A stretch of 61,346 bases of DNA from positions 3,548 to 64,893 of the forward strand of contig CAZJUB010000011.1 of the NCBI GenBank assembly GCA_964549075.1, written 5' to 3'. A model generated the notes under the pieces. The model saw only the letters and a program-made list of their open reading frames with translations. It did no database searches and was not told the DNA's origin. Position 1 is the first letter of the stretch. Every line of letters starts with the position of its first letter. A program made the position numbers and the translations under genes. This stretch comes from an uncultured archaeon. Its GTDB lineage: Archaea > Asgardarchaeota > Heimdallarchaeia > Heimdallarchaeales > Heimdallarchaeaceae. Positions 10,791 through 21,409 of the stretch are shown here, one piece after another.

Positions 10791-13700
10791 ATGTCAGAAG
10801 AAGGTCTAGAGGAGGTATTCAATAAGACTAATATAGGTATATCTATAGTAAAAGATGACAAGATTATTCATGCTAATCGATTCTTTTTAGATATTATAGA
10901 GAGAGAGTTAGAAGAGGTAATGGGTAAAGATTGTATTTTTTATGCTGCAAAAGATGAAAAAAACAGGCTTAGAAAAATCAAAGAAAATATTAAAGACAGT
11001 AATTTTTCAACTCCTCAAAAAATCGAATTTTGGATAGAACTAAAAGACGATAAAAGAAAGTATGTCAGAAATACACTATATCCTGTATCAGGAGAAGAGG
11101 CAACTGACAGGTTTTTTGTTGTTACAGAAGATATAACTAAACTGAAACAAAAAGAAACAAAACTTCTTGCGTCTGAATTCAAAAAATCAACGTTCTTAGA
11201 TTTTCTTACTGAACATATAATTTTCTATGACACAAATCTGAAGATAATTTGGTCGAACAAAATTGCTAGTGATTTATTAGGATTAACTCCTGAAGAAATA
11301 ATGGGTGAAATATGCTATGATCTCTGGTATCAGAAAGATAAACCTTGCATAAATTGTCCAGTTGTCAAAGCATTAAACTCAGGAGAAGAGCATAGTTCAG
11401 AAGTAGTGACTCCTGATGGGAAGATATGGTTTATCAGAGGGTACCCAGTTTATAGTGATAATGGAGTTTTAATTGGTGCTGTTGAATTGGCTTCTGATAT
11501 AACTGACAATAAGATTACAAGTGATGAATTAGAAGCAAGTGAAGAAAGATTCAAGCAGATTTTCCATAATACAAATGATGGAATTATAGTTGTAAAAAGA
11601 GATTCTGATGGTAGCTTTAATCAAATTATTGAAGTTAATAATATAGCCCTTGAAATGTATGGATATACCAAAGAAGAAATGTCCAAACTTAAGCCTGTGG
11701 ATTTCAACATCTCAGGTGAAGAAGAAACAAGTGAATTTGCACAGGAATTATTAGAAAAACGGAAATTAACTTTTGAGAGACATCATAAGAAAAAAAACGG
11801 AGAGGAAATCTTCGTTGAAATAAGTGCGCACTTGTTTGAACTAGAAGACGAAACTGTCAGTCTCACAGTTGTTCGTGACATAACTGAAAGAAAGCTTAGA
11901 GATGCTGAACTAATAGCAAATGAAGAAAAATTCAGACAAATTTTTGAAAATGCTGCTGATGCAATCCTTATTTATTCCCTAACTCCTGAAGAAAAAATGG
12001 GTAAATTTATTGAAGTAAATGAAAATGCTTGTAGATGGACTGGTTATTCAAGAACAGAATTATTGGATATGACTCTACGTGATTTACAGAGTCCAGAAGA
12101 AACTCTAGATCAATCAGAACTAAGTAAAAATCTTTTAGAGTTTGGAGAAGTAACATTTGAAGGAAATATTTTACATAAAGATGGAAGTCAAAAACCTATA
12201 GAATTCAATTCTAACGTATTTACTTTAAGAGGAGAAAGAGTAATCTTAACAATTGCAAGAGATTTATCAGAAAGAAAGAGAGCACAACAAGAAGTTGAAC
12301 GTTCTGAAGAAAGGTTTCGTCAAATTTTCCATAATACAAATGATGCGATTTTCCTATCACATGTTACTTCAGATAAAACCTCAAGTAAATTTGTTGAGGT
12401 AAATGATGCTGCAATAAGATGGTTAGGATTTGAAAGGTATGAACTTCTCACTATGTCATCAATCGATATTACAGCCCCAGAAGATAAAAGTAACAACCCA
12501 GAGGTTATCGAGAGAATAATAGCAAATAATCACGCTACTTTTGAGACTATTCTGTTTTCTAAAGATAGAAGAAGAATACCTGTTGAAGTGAGTTCTCATG
12601 TCTTTAATCTTGAAGACAAAAAAGTTATTTTGTCTATAGCAAGAGATATTACTGAAAGAAAGAAAGCTAGAAAAGATCTTACAGAGAGCGAGGAAAAATA
12701 TAGAAGATTAGTAGAAACTATTCCAGCCGCTATTGTAAGTTCTGATTCGAATGGTAATATCATTTTCGTTAATCAACAAGCTATAGGGCTATATGGTTAT
12801 GATTCTGAAAAAGAAATGCTAGGAATGAGTACCAATGATCTTGTTTCTGATGAGGATAGAGGCTTTGCATCAGTAATCATGCAAAAATGTATTGAAGATG
12901 GATACATTCATGACGTTGAATATGGTATGAAATGCAGAGATGGTTCAATTCGTCCAGCAGAATTTCATGCTGCAGCAATTAAAACTACTGAAGGGATTAC
13001 TGTTGGGTTCATTGGAGTAGTAATAGATATTACTGAAAGAAAAATATCCGAAAAAGCTTTAAAAGAGAATGAAGAAAAGTTCAGACAGATTTTCCAAAAT
13101 GCTAAAGATGCCATTTTTATCCACAGAATTTCTAAAAATGGTTACTTGGAAGAATTATTAGAAATAAATGAAACAGCGAGTTTATGGCTTGGTTATACTA
13201 GAGAAGAATTATTGAACCTTGATGGTACTAGTGAGGGAACCTTAGATTTACAATTTTTGAATAAAATAGAAGAAAATTTACTAGATATAGAGAGTATCAC
13301 ATTTGAGAGTATAATTGAAAATAACACGGGAATAAGCAAACCAGTTGAGTTCAGTTCTCATAGATTTACATTAAATAATGAACAAGTTCTTCTTTCAGTT
13401 GCTCGTGATATAACTGAAAGAAAAAAAGCAGAAGAATCAATTAAAGCAAGCGAAGAACGCTACAGAACTCTAATAGAAACATCACCCGATGCAATAGTGC
13501 TAGTAGATATAGAAAATAAGATCCAATTTGCTAATCCCCAAGCTGCACAAACATTTGATTATGAGGATATAACTTCAATGTTAGGTCTTACCCCTATAGA
13601 TCTCGTAGGAAGGGAAGATTTGGAACATGCAAATTCTACAATATCAGATATTATAAAACATAAACACTCGAAAACTATCAATTTATCAGCAATAAAGAGG

Positions 13701-15248
13701 GATGGAACAAGATTTCCTGTAAAGGTAAATGCTTCTTATGTAGCTGATGAAGAAGGTCAACCACTTGGAGTGATTGCTGTAATTGAAGATATCACAGAAC
13801 GAGCAAAAAGTGAACTAGCACTTAAGGAAAGTGAAGAAAAATTTAGACAAACTTTCGATCTCTCCAATGATGGTATTATTTTACATGATGTTAAAGGCAA
13901 CATTTTAGATGTTAATCAAAGAGCTAAAGATCTATTAGGTTATTCTAAAAGTGAATTTCTATCCTTGAGAACAACTCAATTACATCCAGTTACAGAACAT
14001 GAAACATCTAAGAAAGCTTTTGAAGAAGTACAGGCTAAAGGATCAGTTCAATTCGAAACAATATTTAGAAGAAAGGACAGCTCATTGTTTCCAGCTGATG
14101 TTTCTTCAAGTTTCTTTGAAGTAGGAGGAGAACCTGTTATTCAAAGCATTATCAGAGATATTACCGAACGAAAAAATGCTGAAAAAGAATTAATCGAAAG
14201 AGAAGAAAAATTCAGACAGATATTTAATAATGCAAATGATGCCATCTTTCTTACAAGAGTCGAAGAAATCTCAAATACTACAAGTAAATTCATTGAAGTT
14301 AATGATATTGCATGCGAACTAACTGAGTATTCTAGAGAAGAGCTTCTTAATATGAGATCCTACGATATCACAGCTCCTGAAGAAAGGGAGATAAATAATG
14401 AATATATTCAAAAAATATTCTCAGAAGGATCTGCTACTCAACAAAGCATTCAATTAACAAAATCTGGAACCAAAATCCCAACTGAGATTACATCCCATGT
14501 TTTTACACTAAGAGACGAGAAAGTCGTACTCACTGTCGTCAGAGATATTACAGAAAGGAAACTTGCTGAAGCAAAATTGAAGGAGAGCGAAGAGAGATAT
14601 CGTTTACTTTTCCAAAATGCAAACGACATTATTGCAGTAATAAGTGTTCCAAGAGATGGATCAATTGGTAAATTTGTTGAAGTAAATCAACCTGCCATAG
14701 TAAAAACTGGGTTTACTGCAGAAGAAATCTTTGAATTTCCATTGGAGAGAATCATAAAAAATCTAAGTGATAAGGAAATTAAAACATATTTCAAAGAGAT
14801 GTTTGAAAAGAATTTCATAACTTTTGAGCGAGAATTATATAGAAAAGATGGTAGTAGTTTCCCGGTAGAAATCAATGCGACTCCCTTTAATTTAAAAGGA
14901 GAAATAAGCGTGTTGGTCACAGCAAGAGACATCACTGAACGAAAAAGAGACGAAGAATTACGAAAGCAAGCATATGCACAAATTGCTCAGAATATTGAAG
15001 ATTTTGCTGAACTAGTAGATAGAATAAGAAATCCTCTTATGGGAGTCATTGGCTATGCAGAACTTTCAGAATCAATGCATGCAGATATTATAATTGAAGA
15101 AGCTAGAAAAATCGAAGAAATAACTAAGAAAATATCCGAAAGTTATCTAGAAACTGAACAAGTTCGAAAGATTCTCAAAGAGCAAATTGACCTTGCAGAA
15201 GAGAACAATAATAATTCAAACGAACAAGAAAGAAATGTAATAGAATAG
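10791..15248 (+). CDS. Multi-PAS (11 PAS/PAC) sensor protein with C-terminal HisKA-like helix and no HATPase domain
   Basis: Eleven repeats of the form FRQIF..ND..IEVN..RDITERK; C-terminal VDRIRNPLMGVIGYAEL; probable ATG at 10791. Confidence 0.9.
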   Translation: MSEEGLEEVFNKTNIGISIVKDDKIIHANRFFLDIIERELEEVMGKDCIFYAAKDEKNRLRKIKENIKDSNFSTPQKIEFWIELKDDKRKYVRNTLYPVSGEEATDRFFVVTEDITKLKQKETKLLASEFKKSTFLDFLTEHIIFYDTNLKIIWSNKIASDLLGLTPEEIMGEICYDLWYQKDKPCINCPVVKALNSGEEHSSEVVTPDGKIWFIRGYPVYSDNGVLIGAVELASDITDNKITSDELEASEERFKQIFHNTNDGIIVVKRDSDGSFNQIIEVNNIALEMYGYTKEEMSKLKPVDFNISGEEETSEFAQELLEKRKLTFERHHKKKNGEEIFVEISAHLFELEDETVSLTVVRDITERKLRDAELIANEEKFRQIFENAADAILIYSLTPEEKMGKFIEVNENACRWTGYSRTELLDMTLRDLQSPEETLDQSELSKNLLEFGEVTFEGNILHKDGSQKPIEFNSNVFTLRGERVILTIARDLSERKRAQQEVERSEERFRQIFHNTNDAIFLSHVTSDKTSSKFVEVNDAAIRWLGFERYELLTMSSIDITAPEDKSNNPEVIERIIANNHATFETILFSKDRRRIPVEVSSHVFNLEDKKVILSIARDITERKKARKDLTESEEKYRRLVETIPAAIVSSDSNGNIIFVNQQAIGLYGYDSEKEMLGMSTNDLVSDEDRGFASVIMQKCIEDGYIHDVEYGMKCRDGSIRPAEFHAAAIKTTEGITVGFIGVVIDITERKISEKALKENEEKFRQIFQNAKDAIFIHRISKNGYLEELLEINETASLWLGYTREELLNLDGTSEGTLDLQFLNKIEENLLDIESITFESIIENNTGISKPVEFSSHRFTLNNEQVLLSVARDITERKKAEESIKASEERYRTLIETSPDAIVLVDIENKIQFANPQAAQTFDYEDITSMLGLTPIDLVGREDLEHANSTISDIIKHKHSKTINLSAIKRDGTRFPVKVNASYVADEEGQPLGVIAVIEDITERAKSELALKESEEKFRQTFDLSNDGIILHDVKGNILDVNQRAKDLLGYSKSEFLSLRTTQLHPVTEHETSKKAFEEVQAKGSVQFETIFRRKDSSLFPADVSSSFFEVGGEPVIQSIIRDITERKNAEKELIEREEKFRQIFNNANDAIFLTRVEEISNTTSKFIEVNDIACELTEYSREELLNMRSYDITAPEEREINNEYIQKIFSEGSATQQSIQLTKSGTKIPTEITSHVFTLRDEKVVLTVVRDITERKLAEAKLKESEERYRLLFQNANDIIAVISVPRDGSIGKFVEVNQPAIVKTGFTAEEIFEFPLERIIKNLSDKEIKTYFKEMFEKNFITFERELYRKDGSSFPVEINATPFNLKGEISVLVTARDITERKRDEELRKQAYAQIAQNIEDFAELVDRIRNPLMGVIGYAELSESMHADIIIEEARKIEEITKKISESYLETEQVRKILKEQIDLAEENNNNSNEQERNVIE

Positions 15249-15301
15249 GTCAAGCAATCATTTACCAACAGTTTATATATATATCTCTTTATATTTTGAA
15301 C

Positions 15302-16564
15302 ATGAATTTTATGAAGAAATTCAAAAATATTTTTCATATAACAGTTTGGGAAGCAATAGTCGCAGTCATAGTAATCGCATCTTACTATGTTTTATCATTA
15401 GCAGTATTTACTGGAGATCCACCTCTATGGTTAACAATATCAGGTTTTGTTGTAGGAACTTGGTTAGCTTTCAGACCCTCAGAATGGGCAGTGTCTGGTT
15501 TGGATAGTGGTGCTAAATATGTGGGTTTATCAGATTATGTTGCAGGTGTTTTATCTAGTTTAGCATCAAATTTGCCTGAAGCTGTTATTGCAATTTTTCT
15601 AATAATCAATGGACAACAATTAATTGCAGTAATTACAGTTTTATCGGCAGCTGGTTTCAATACTCTAATTTTAGGGATTGCTATCTTGATTTCAACGATT
15701 AAAAATAAAGGAAGTATCAAGGTACCTGAAGATCTTGAAAAACGAGAATCACCCATAATAAGATGGGCTATTGTTGCACTACTTATGACTGTAATTTTTG
15801 GTTTAGTTCAGTACGCAGTTTTTGGTGCTCAGAAAGTGAACGTTTTCGGATTTTTGTATTTTTCAACAGAACCTACAGGTTTAGAAAATGCAGTATTAAC
15901 CATACCAGTAGCCGCTACATTAGCAATTAGTTACATCATTTATCTTATTTATCTCATTAGTGTAAAAGAAAATAACAAAAAAATGTCTAAATCAAATGAA
16001 AAACAAGAGGAGGATGAGCAATCACATACTGAAGAAGAGATAAATCCTGAAATTCCTGAAATAGGAGGTTCGCATAACGGAGAACATGCAAAACTTTCAA
16101 TACCATTTACAATTCTACTATTGGTGTTAGGTTTTGTAGGAATTTTCTTTGCAGGTGAAATTCTTACTAAAAGTGTAGAACATTTAACTGAACATGCTAT
16201 TTTCTTTGAAACTGCTAAAGGAGAAATAACATTAGCTCTGATTTTAGGAGCAGTAGGAGCAGTACCTGAACATAGTATTGCTGTTCTCTCATCCATAAGA
16301 GGGGAAATTGAGGTTGGTATAGGAAACACTGTTGGAGGGATTCTACAATCTTCTTTGTTAATATTTGGAATACTAGGAGTGATAACAGAAATAAGATTGG
16401 ACCCATTCGTTCTAATCCAACTTGCGTCAATAGGGGGGACATTATGGTTTGTGAAACGTTGCATCCGCGACCGGAAATTCGATATCTTTGAAGGGATTAT
16501 GATTATAATTCTACAGATATTAGTATTTATTATACTGTTTGAGGATATAGCTATATTAGTATGA
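15302..16564 (+). CDS. Ca2+/cation antiporter (CaCA; Na+/Ca2+ exchanger family)
   Basis: Alpha-repeat motifs SLASNLPE and AVGAVPEH..GNTVG; about 10 TM segments; acidic central loop. Confidence 0.85.
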   Translation: MNFMKKFKNIFHITVWEAIVAVIVIASYYVLSLAVFTGDPPLWLTISGFVVGTWLAFRPSEWAVSGLDSGAKYVGLSDYVAGVLSSLASNLPEAVIAIFLIINGQQLIAVITVLSAAGFNTLILGIAILISTIKNKGSIKVPEDLEKRESPIIRWAIVALLMTVIFGLVQYAVFGAQKVNVFGFLYFSTEPTGLENAVLTIPVAATLAISYIIYLIYLISVKENNKKMSKSNEKQEEDEQSHTEEEINPEIPEIGGSHNGEHAKLSIPFTILLLVLGFVGIFFAGEILTKSVEHLTEHAIFFETAKGEITLALILGAVGAVPEHSIAVLSSIRGEIEVGIGNTVGGILQSSLLIFGILGVITEIRLDPFVLIQLASIGGTLWFVKRCIRDRKFDIFEGIMIIILQILVFIILFEDIAILV

Positions 16565-16672
16565 AGATGATTAGAAGAAGTAATTTCTTCTTAGTCTTTT
16601 TCTTACCTCACTGAAAATATTTTGCATGTTTTTCCTTTCTGGGTTTAAATACTAGAAAATAGATTTTGTTAC

Positions 16673-16906
16673 ATGGGTAACCATCAGATTCTACCAAAAG
16701 CAGAACAGCAAGATAAGGAAATTGTTTTGGTACATAAGAATGGAGAAATCATTGCGATTAACAAATTAATTTATCAGATACGATTATTTAAAGAGCCAAA
16801 CAGGAAAATTTACTCGACTTCAATTGAGCACGCCTATAATATTTTACAAAGAAATAACTATGATTATACTGAGATAGATTTTTTAAGTTCAGAAATAAAG
16901 AAATAA
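16673..16906 (+). CDS. Small hypothetical protein
   Basis: 77-aa ORF filling the intergenic gap; TTTAAATA about 25 bp upstream. Confidence 0.5.
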   Translation: MGNHQILPKAEQQDKEIVLVHKNGEIIAINKLIYQIRLFKEPNRKIYSTSIEHAYNILQRNNYDYTEIDFLSSEIKK

Positions 16907-16912
16907 AAGGAT

Positions 16913-18148
16913 CTAGTTCACTTCATCGAAAACTTTCTCAATTACTTTTAACGCCCAATCTATTTCTGATTTTGTTACTACCAATGGTGGTGCAAATCTT
17001 ATCGAAAATTCATGTGTTTCCTTTGCTAAAAGTCCAATTGGAGAATTATTCATCATTGCTTCTGTATAAGGTCGTGCTTTTTCATTTAATTCAATAGCTA
17101 TGAGTAATCCCAAACCTCGAACTTCCTTTATCTTCTTTGGATGTTTTAGCTGAACGCGTTTTAATCCTTCCATGAAGTATTCTCCCAGTTCTTTTGACCT
17201 TTCAGCAAAATCCTCTTTCTTAAGAAGATCACATACAGCATCTATCACTGCCATACCAAGACTATTACCTCCCCAAGTCGAGCCGTGAGTACCCGGAGTT
17301 AAAATATCCATTATCTCCCAAGAAGATAGAACTCCTGAAACTGGGAAAACACCGCCACCTAATGCTTTTGCTACGAGAGTAATATCAGGTTTAATGCCTG
17401 AGTGATTGCAAGCCATTAAAGCTCCAGTTCTACAGAAACCTGTTTGTATTTCGTCTGCCATTAGAAGAATATTATTTTTTTTACAAATCTTTTCTACTTC
17501 TGAGAGATAGGATTTTGGAGGAATTAAAACACCGGCCTCTCCTTGTACAGGTTCGAAAAGAAATGCGACAGTATCTTTTGTAATTGCATCTTCTAACGCT
17601 TGTACATCTCCATATGGTATTACTTTGAATCCTGGAGTTTTAGGACCGAATCCTTGAGAAGCATCTGGGTCTGTAGAAAATCCGACTATTGTAATAGTTC
17701 TTCCATGAAAATTGTTTTCACAAACAATAATCTCTGCTTTATCTTCTTTTACACCTTTCTTTTCATAACCCCATTTTCGAGCAATTTTTAAAGCTGATTC
17801 TACAGCTTCTGCTCCTGTATTCATTGGCAAAAAGACTTCATATCCTGTTAATTCGCATAAATTCTTTGCAGCTTTACCCATCGCATCGTTACAAAACGCG
17901 CGTGAAGTTAAAATAACTTTTTTAGACTGTTTAAGTAAAGCTTTTACCAATTTGGGATTTAAATGTCCGAAATTTTGGCTAGAATAGGCACTTAGACAAT
18001 CCATGTATTTCTTGTTATTAACATCCCAAATCCAGATTCCTTTAGCTTTTTTAATCACCACAGGTATAGGTTTGTAATTGTGAGCAGTCCATCTCTTATC
18101 TAATTCTAGATAGTATTTTGCTAAATCTGTATCTTTCTTGGCCATCAT
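16913..18148 (-). CDS. rocD: Ornithine--oxo-acid aminotransferase (class III PLP)
   Basis: AHNYKPIPVV, DCLSAYS, LTSRAF, PMNTGAEAVE, NFHGRT, EPVQGEAG, DEIQTG, KALGGG, HGSTWGGN. Confidence 0.93.
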   Translation of the reverse strand: MMAKKDTDLAKYYLELDKRWTAHNYKPIPVVIKKAKGIWIWDVNNKKYMDCLSAYSSQNFGHLNPKLVKALLKQSKKVILTSRAFCNDAMGKAAKNLCELTGYEVFLPMNTGAEAVESALKIARKWGYEKKGVKEDKAEIIVCENNFHGRTITIVGFSTDPDASQGFGPKTPGFKVIPYGDVQALEDAITKDTVAFLFEPVQGEAGVLIPPKSYLSEVEKICKKNNILLMADEIQTGFCRTGALMACNHSGIKPDITLVAKALGGGVFPVSGVLSSWEIMDILTPGTHGSTWGGNSLGMAVIDAVCDLLKKEDFAERSKELGEYFMEGLKRVQLKHPKKIKEVRGLGLLIAIELNEKARPYTEAMMNNSPIGLLAKETHEFSIRFAPPLVVTKSEIDWALKVIEKVFDEVN

Positions 18149-18210
18149 TACCACAGCTTACTAAGCATTCATTAAGTAGTAGGCTTTTAAAATTTTAGAT
18201 GAAATGATTT

Positions 18211-19200
18211 TTACTGCATTTTTCTCTTTTTCCAATACATATATCCAAGCGTAAAGACCACTATTGCTAAAAGTGAGAAAAGTGAGAAAGAAGCAGAATT
18301 TGCAACAACAGACAAGGTAAGATTTCCAAGGTAAAAAGTACTACTAATATAAAGAAGTATAAGTTCTCCGATAGGATCTATAATCGCAGAAGTATTTAAA
18401 GAACTTAAGTCAATGCTGAAAGTTTTACTAAGGTCTCCTAAACTAGTTTCTAATATTATACCAACCGAGATAGTTTTCAATAGAAGAGTTGTATTTTCTA
18501 GGTTAAAATATAGCTCTCTCATTTCTGTACTGAAAGCTGAAAAATCCTGACTCACTGGAAATGTATCAACATATACATCTTTTGAGTTTTGAAAAACTAA
18601 ATCTTGATTCATAACTTTAGCTTCTAAACTACTTGTAGTATTTAACTCTACAGAAGGAGAAAAAACAACTAGAATCCTATTTAGTCCTTTAATCCCTATA
18701 TTAATAGGAAAAATAAAGGGGATGAAATTTAATGGTACCATTATGTTCTCACCTAGAAATTCAGAAAAATTAGCTATCGATTCTTGTTCTCCTTCATCTA
18801 CTTCAATAAAGATTGGACCTGTTTCTGGTGTATCAACAATTATTGTTCCATTTAGACCTAATGAGAAATTTCCTTGAGAAGTTTGTACTTGTAAAGCAAA
18901 ATCTGCTGTTTGTTCTTTTTTATTGTGATTAAGATATGAAGTTACTTCTAATGGAAGATTTAAAATTGTATGGAATGTTAGATATGAAATAAATGTGTAC
19001 TGAAGTGTCTGATCCGAGACAGCTAGATTTAATTTTAGATAGTTATCTTTAGAGATAGAGACAGATGTAGTTGATTGTGCCCAGTTTTCAAGGTTATCAT
19101 CAACCTTTTGAAAATCAGCTGAAATATCAGTTAAATTGTAAAAAACGCCGAGAATAATACTTAATATCAACAAAGTAGCTAGGTGTTTTTTATCTAACAT
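18211..19200 (-). CDS. Hypothetical secreted protein with C-terminal membrane anchor
   Basis: Signal peptide; beta-rich body; C-terminal hydrophobic helix plus KKRK. Confidence 0.7.
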   Translation of the reverse strand: MLDKKHLATLLILSIILGVFYNLTDISADFQKVDDNLENWAQSTTSVSISKDNYLKLNLAVSDQTLQYTFISYLTFHTILNLPLEVTSYLNHNKKEQTADFALQVQTSQGNFSLGLNGTIIVDTPETGPIFIEVDEGEQESIANFSEFLGENIMVPLNFIPFIFPINIGIKGLNRILVVFSPSVELNTTSSLEAKVMNQDLVFQNSKDVYVDTFPVSQDFSAFSTEMRELYFNLENTTLLLKTISVGIILETSLGDLSKTFSIDLSSLNTSAIIDPIGELILLYISSTFYLGNLTLSVVANSASFSLFSLLAIVVFTLGYMYWKKRKMQ

Positions 19201-19288
19201 TTTTTTTCATTTGACTAATTCATTTCCAAACTATAAAGCCTTTGTATTTGCAAAAAAATTTAATATGACATGCATATATTATAGAGAT

Positions 19289-20326
19289 ATGAGTAAAAAA
19301 ACTAAGGATATAGAGGAAAAGGAGATAGAAGCAGTCAAAACTCAATCTATTAAAGAAAAGAGACCTAAAAAGGAAAAAAGACCAAAAAGACAGAAAAAAA
19401 TAAAGAGTAAGCAAGGAAAAAAGATCAATGTAAAGAGTTTTTTTAGAGCGATATGGATTGGAATTTTGTTTGTTCTAAAAATTCTCTGGAAAATACTCAA
19501 ATTCTTCTTGAAATATGTTCTATTTCCATTTTGGTATACTGGAGTTTTATTTGTCAAAACCTACAAATTCTTACGTTTCAGGAGTAAAGATCCACTTACT
19601 GAGGAAGATAAGAAATTTCTATCTTTGATACCTACACTGTTTTTTATGATGGCAATATGTATCATAATTGTATATCTACTATTCTACTTGGATTCAGTTT
19701 ATGGCTACTTTGACTTAACCAAACAATATCTGAGTGACAGTAAGTTCTGGGCAGCCATTGGTGGTTGGTTTGCTGATATAGGTGTTGGAATATATCTCTA
19801 TATTTTAAGCCCCATAGGAAGGTTCATCAGAGACGATATAGTAAAGAATTTCTCTGATTTACTAGGTTCTCATCAATGGGTTGGGGCTCTTATTATACTA
19901 GCCATTCTTGTTGTTGGCACAGGATTATTAGTATTAATAATTAATTTCGCAAGAAAAGGCAAGATATTCAAGATGATTAAGAATTTCTTTGTTAAAATTA
20001 AGAATGGTATAGTTAAAGGGCATGATGCTGTTAGAAGATTCGTTTTGAAATACCTTATCGGGGAAAAATATATAGAAACAAGATCCAAAAATTTCTTCTG
20101 GACAAATGTATTTCTTCAGATACTTGTAACACTAATTTTCCTTGTATTTTCAATCTGGCTAGTTGTTCAATACTATTTGATAGATCAACTATGGGTACGA
20201 GTGGATATCATGAGATATGCTTCATTTGCAGCTGCAATGTTGTTTGTTGGTGTAGGTATTTTTGCCACTTGGTTCTTTAACATTGTTCATGGCATTTCCA
20301 CTTCTCCACCTAAACAAACAAATTAA
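19289..20326 (+). CDS. Hypothetical multi-pass membrane protein with basic N-terminus
   Basis: Probable ATG at 19289; KEKRPKKEKRPKRQKK tail followed by several hydrophobic helices. Confidence 0.7.
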   Translation: MSKKTKDIEEKEIEAVKTQSIKEKRPKKEKRPKRQKKIKSKQGKKINVKSFFRAIWIGILFVLKILWKILKFFLKYVLFPFWYTGVLFVKTYKFLRFRSKDPLTEEDKKFLSLIPTLFFMMAICIIIVYLLFYLDSVYGYFDLTKQYLSDSKFWAAIGGWFADIGVGIYLYILSPIGRFIRDDIVKNFSDLLGSHQWVGALIILAILVVGTGLLVLIINFARKGKIFKMIKNFFVKIKNGIVKGHDAVRRFVLKYLIGEKYIETRSKNFFWTNVFLQILVTLIFLVFSIWLVVQYYLIDQLWVRVDIMRYASFAAAMLFVGVGIFATWFFNIVHGISTSPPKQTN

Positions 20327-20398
20327 TATCGAAGGATTTTTCCTTCTTTTTTTATATTAAAAGTAGCCTTTATTTAGTAGTAAAATACTGGAGTACAC

Positions 20399-21409
20399 AT
20401 GAAATTACATATAGGTATTAACGGATTTGGAAGAATTGGAAGAGGTATTTTCAGAGCCGCTTTCGAGGATTCTGAAATTGAAATAGTTGGAATTAATGAT
20501 ATTGGCGATTCCAAAACTATGGCACATTTACTCAAATATGATAGCGTTCATGGGAAATTCCCTTATGACGTCTCAGCAACAGAAAACTCTCTCAAAGTCA
20601 AAGATAAAGAAATTCCGATATCTAAAGAGAGAGACCCTGCTGATATTCCATGGGATAAGTGGGGTGCTGACGTTGTTTTTGAATGTGTAGGAATATTTCG
20701 TACATATGAACTAGCTTCAAAGCATCTTGAAAGAGGTGTTAAGTACGTGATCCTTTCTGCTCCAGATAAAGGCAAAGTAAAACCAATACCAGCTTTTGTT
20801 CTTGGAGTAAATGAGGATAAATTTGATCCAGAAGAACACAAGGTTATCTCAAATGCAAGCTGTACAACTAATTGCTATGCTCCAATTACAAAAATCATAG
20901 ACCAGGCTTTTGGCATACAATCAGGATTCATGACTACTATTCATTCTTATACTACTGATCAGAATTTATTAGATTTACCTCACAGTGATTTACGTAGAGC
21001 CCGTGCTGCAGCACTATCATCAGTACCAACTTCTACAGGTGCAGCGATAGCTGTAGGTAAGGTTCTCCCCCATCTAAACGGGAAACTTCAAGCGATGGCA
21101 ATTAGAGTACCAACACCTAATGTATCTCTAGTTGATGCGGTTTATACTCTTGAAAAAGAAACTACGGTAGAAGAAGTTAACAATCTGTTTAGAGACGCAG
21201 CTAAAGGGAATCTAAAAGGTATTCTTGCAGTTTCTGATGAACCTCTGGTTTCTCATGATTATAATGGAAATCCATCCTCAGCAACAGTCGACCTTTCTCT
21301 TACCATGTGTTATAAGAATCAAGTAAAAGTAGTAGCATGGTATGATAATGAGACTGGTTATTCTCACAGGATGATAGATCTAACAAAACATATTCTAAAA
21401 GAGAGATAA
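20399..21409 (+). CDS. gap: Class I (bacterial/eukaryotic-type) glyceraldehyde-3-phosphate dehydrogenase
   Basis: GINGFGRIGR, LKYDSVHG, ISNASCTTNC, RRARAA, RVPTPNVS, WYDNE. Confidence 0.96.
   Translation: MKLHIGINGFGRIGRGIFRAAFEDSEIEIVGINDIGDSKTMAHLLKYDSVHGKFPYDVSATENSLKVKDKEIPISKERDPADIPWDKWGADVVFECVGIFRTYELASKHLERGVKYVILSAPDKGKVKPIPAFVLGVNEDKFDPEEHKVISNASCTTNCYAPITKIIDQAFGIQSGFMTTIHSYTTDQNLLDLPHSDLRRARAAALSSVPTSTGAAIAVGKVLPHLNGKLQAMAIRVPTPNVSLVDAVYTLEKETTVEEVNNLFRDAAKGNLKGILAVSDEPLVSHDYNGNPSSATVDLSLTMCYKNQVKVVAWYDNETGYSHRMIDLTKHILKER

Noticed and set aside
11500-14950. Recurring DNA motifs such as GATATTACTGAAAGAAA spaced roughly 380 bp apart
   Set aside because: They encode the DITERK ends of the PAS repeats; they are not CRISPR or non-coding repeats
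15949-16464. 171-aa antisense ORF and the many other 60-130-aa shadow ORFs in the track
   Set aside because: They lie within or opposite well-supported genes and show antisense-type composition
19340-19420. KEKRPK tandem basic repeat as a nuclear-localisation-like signal
   Set aside because: Low-complexity Lys-rich sequence is expected in an AT-rich genome and fits the positive-inside rule
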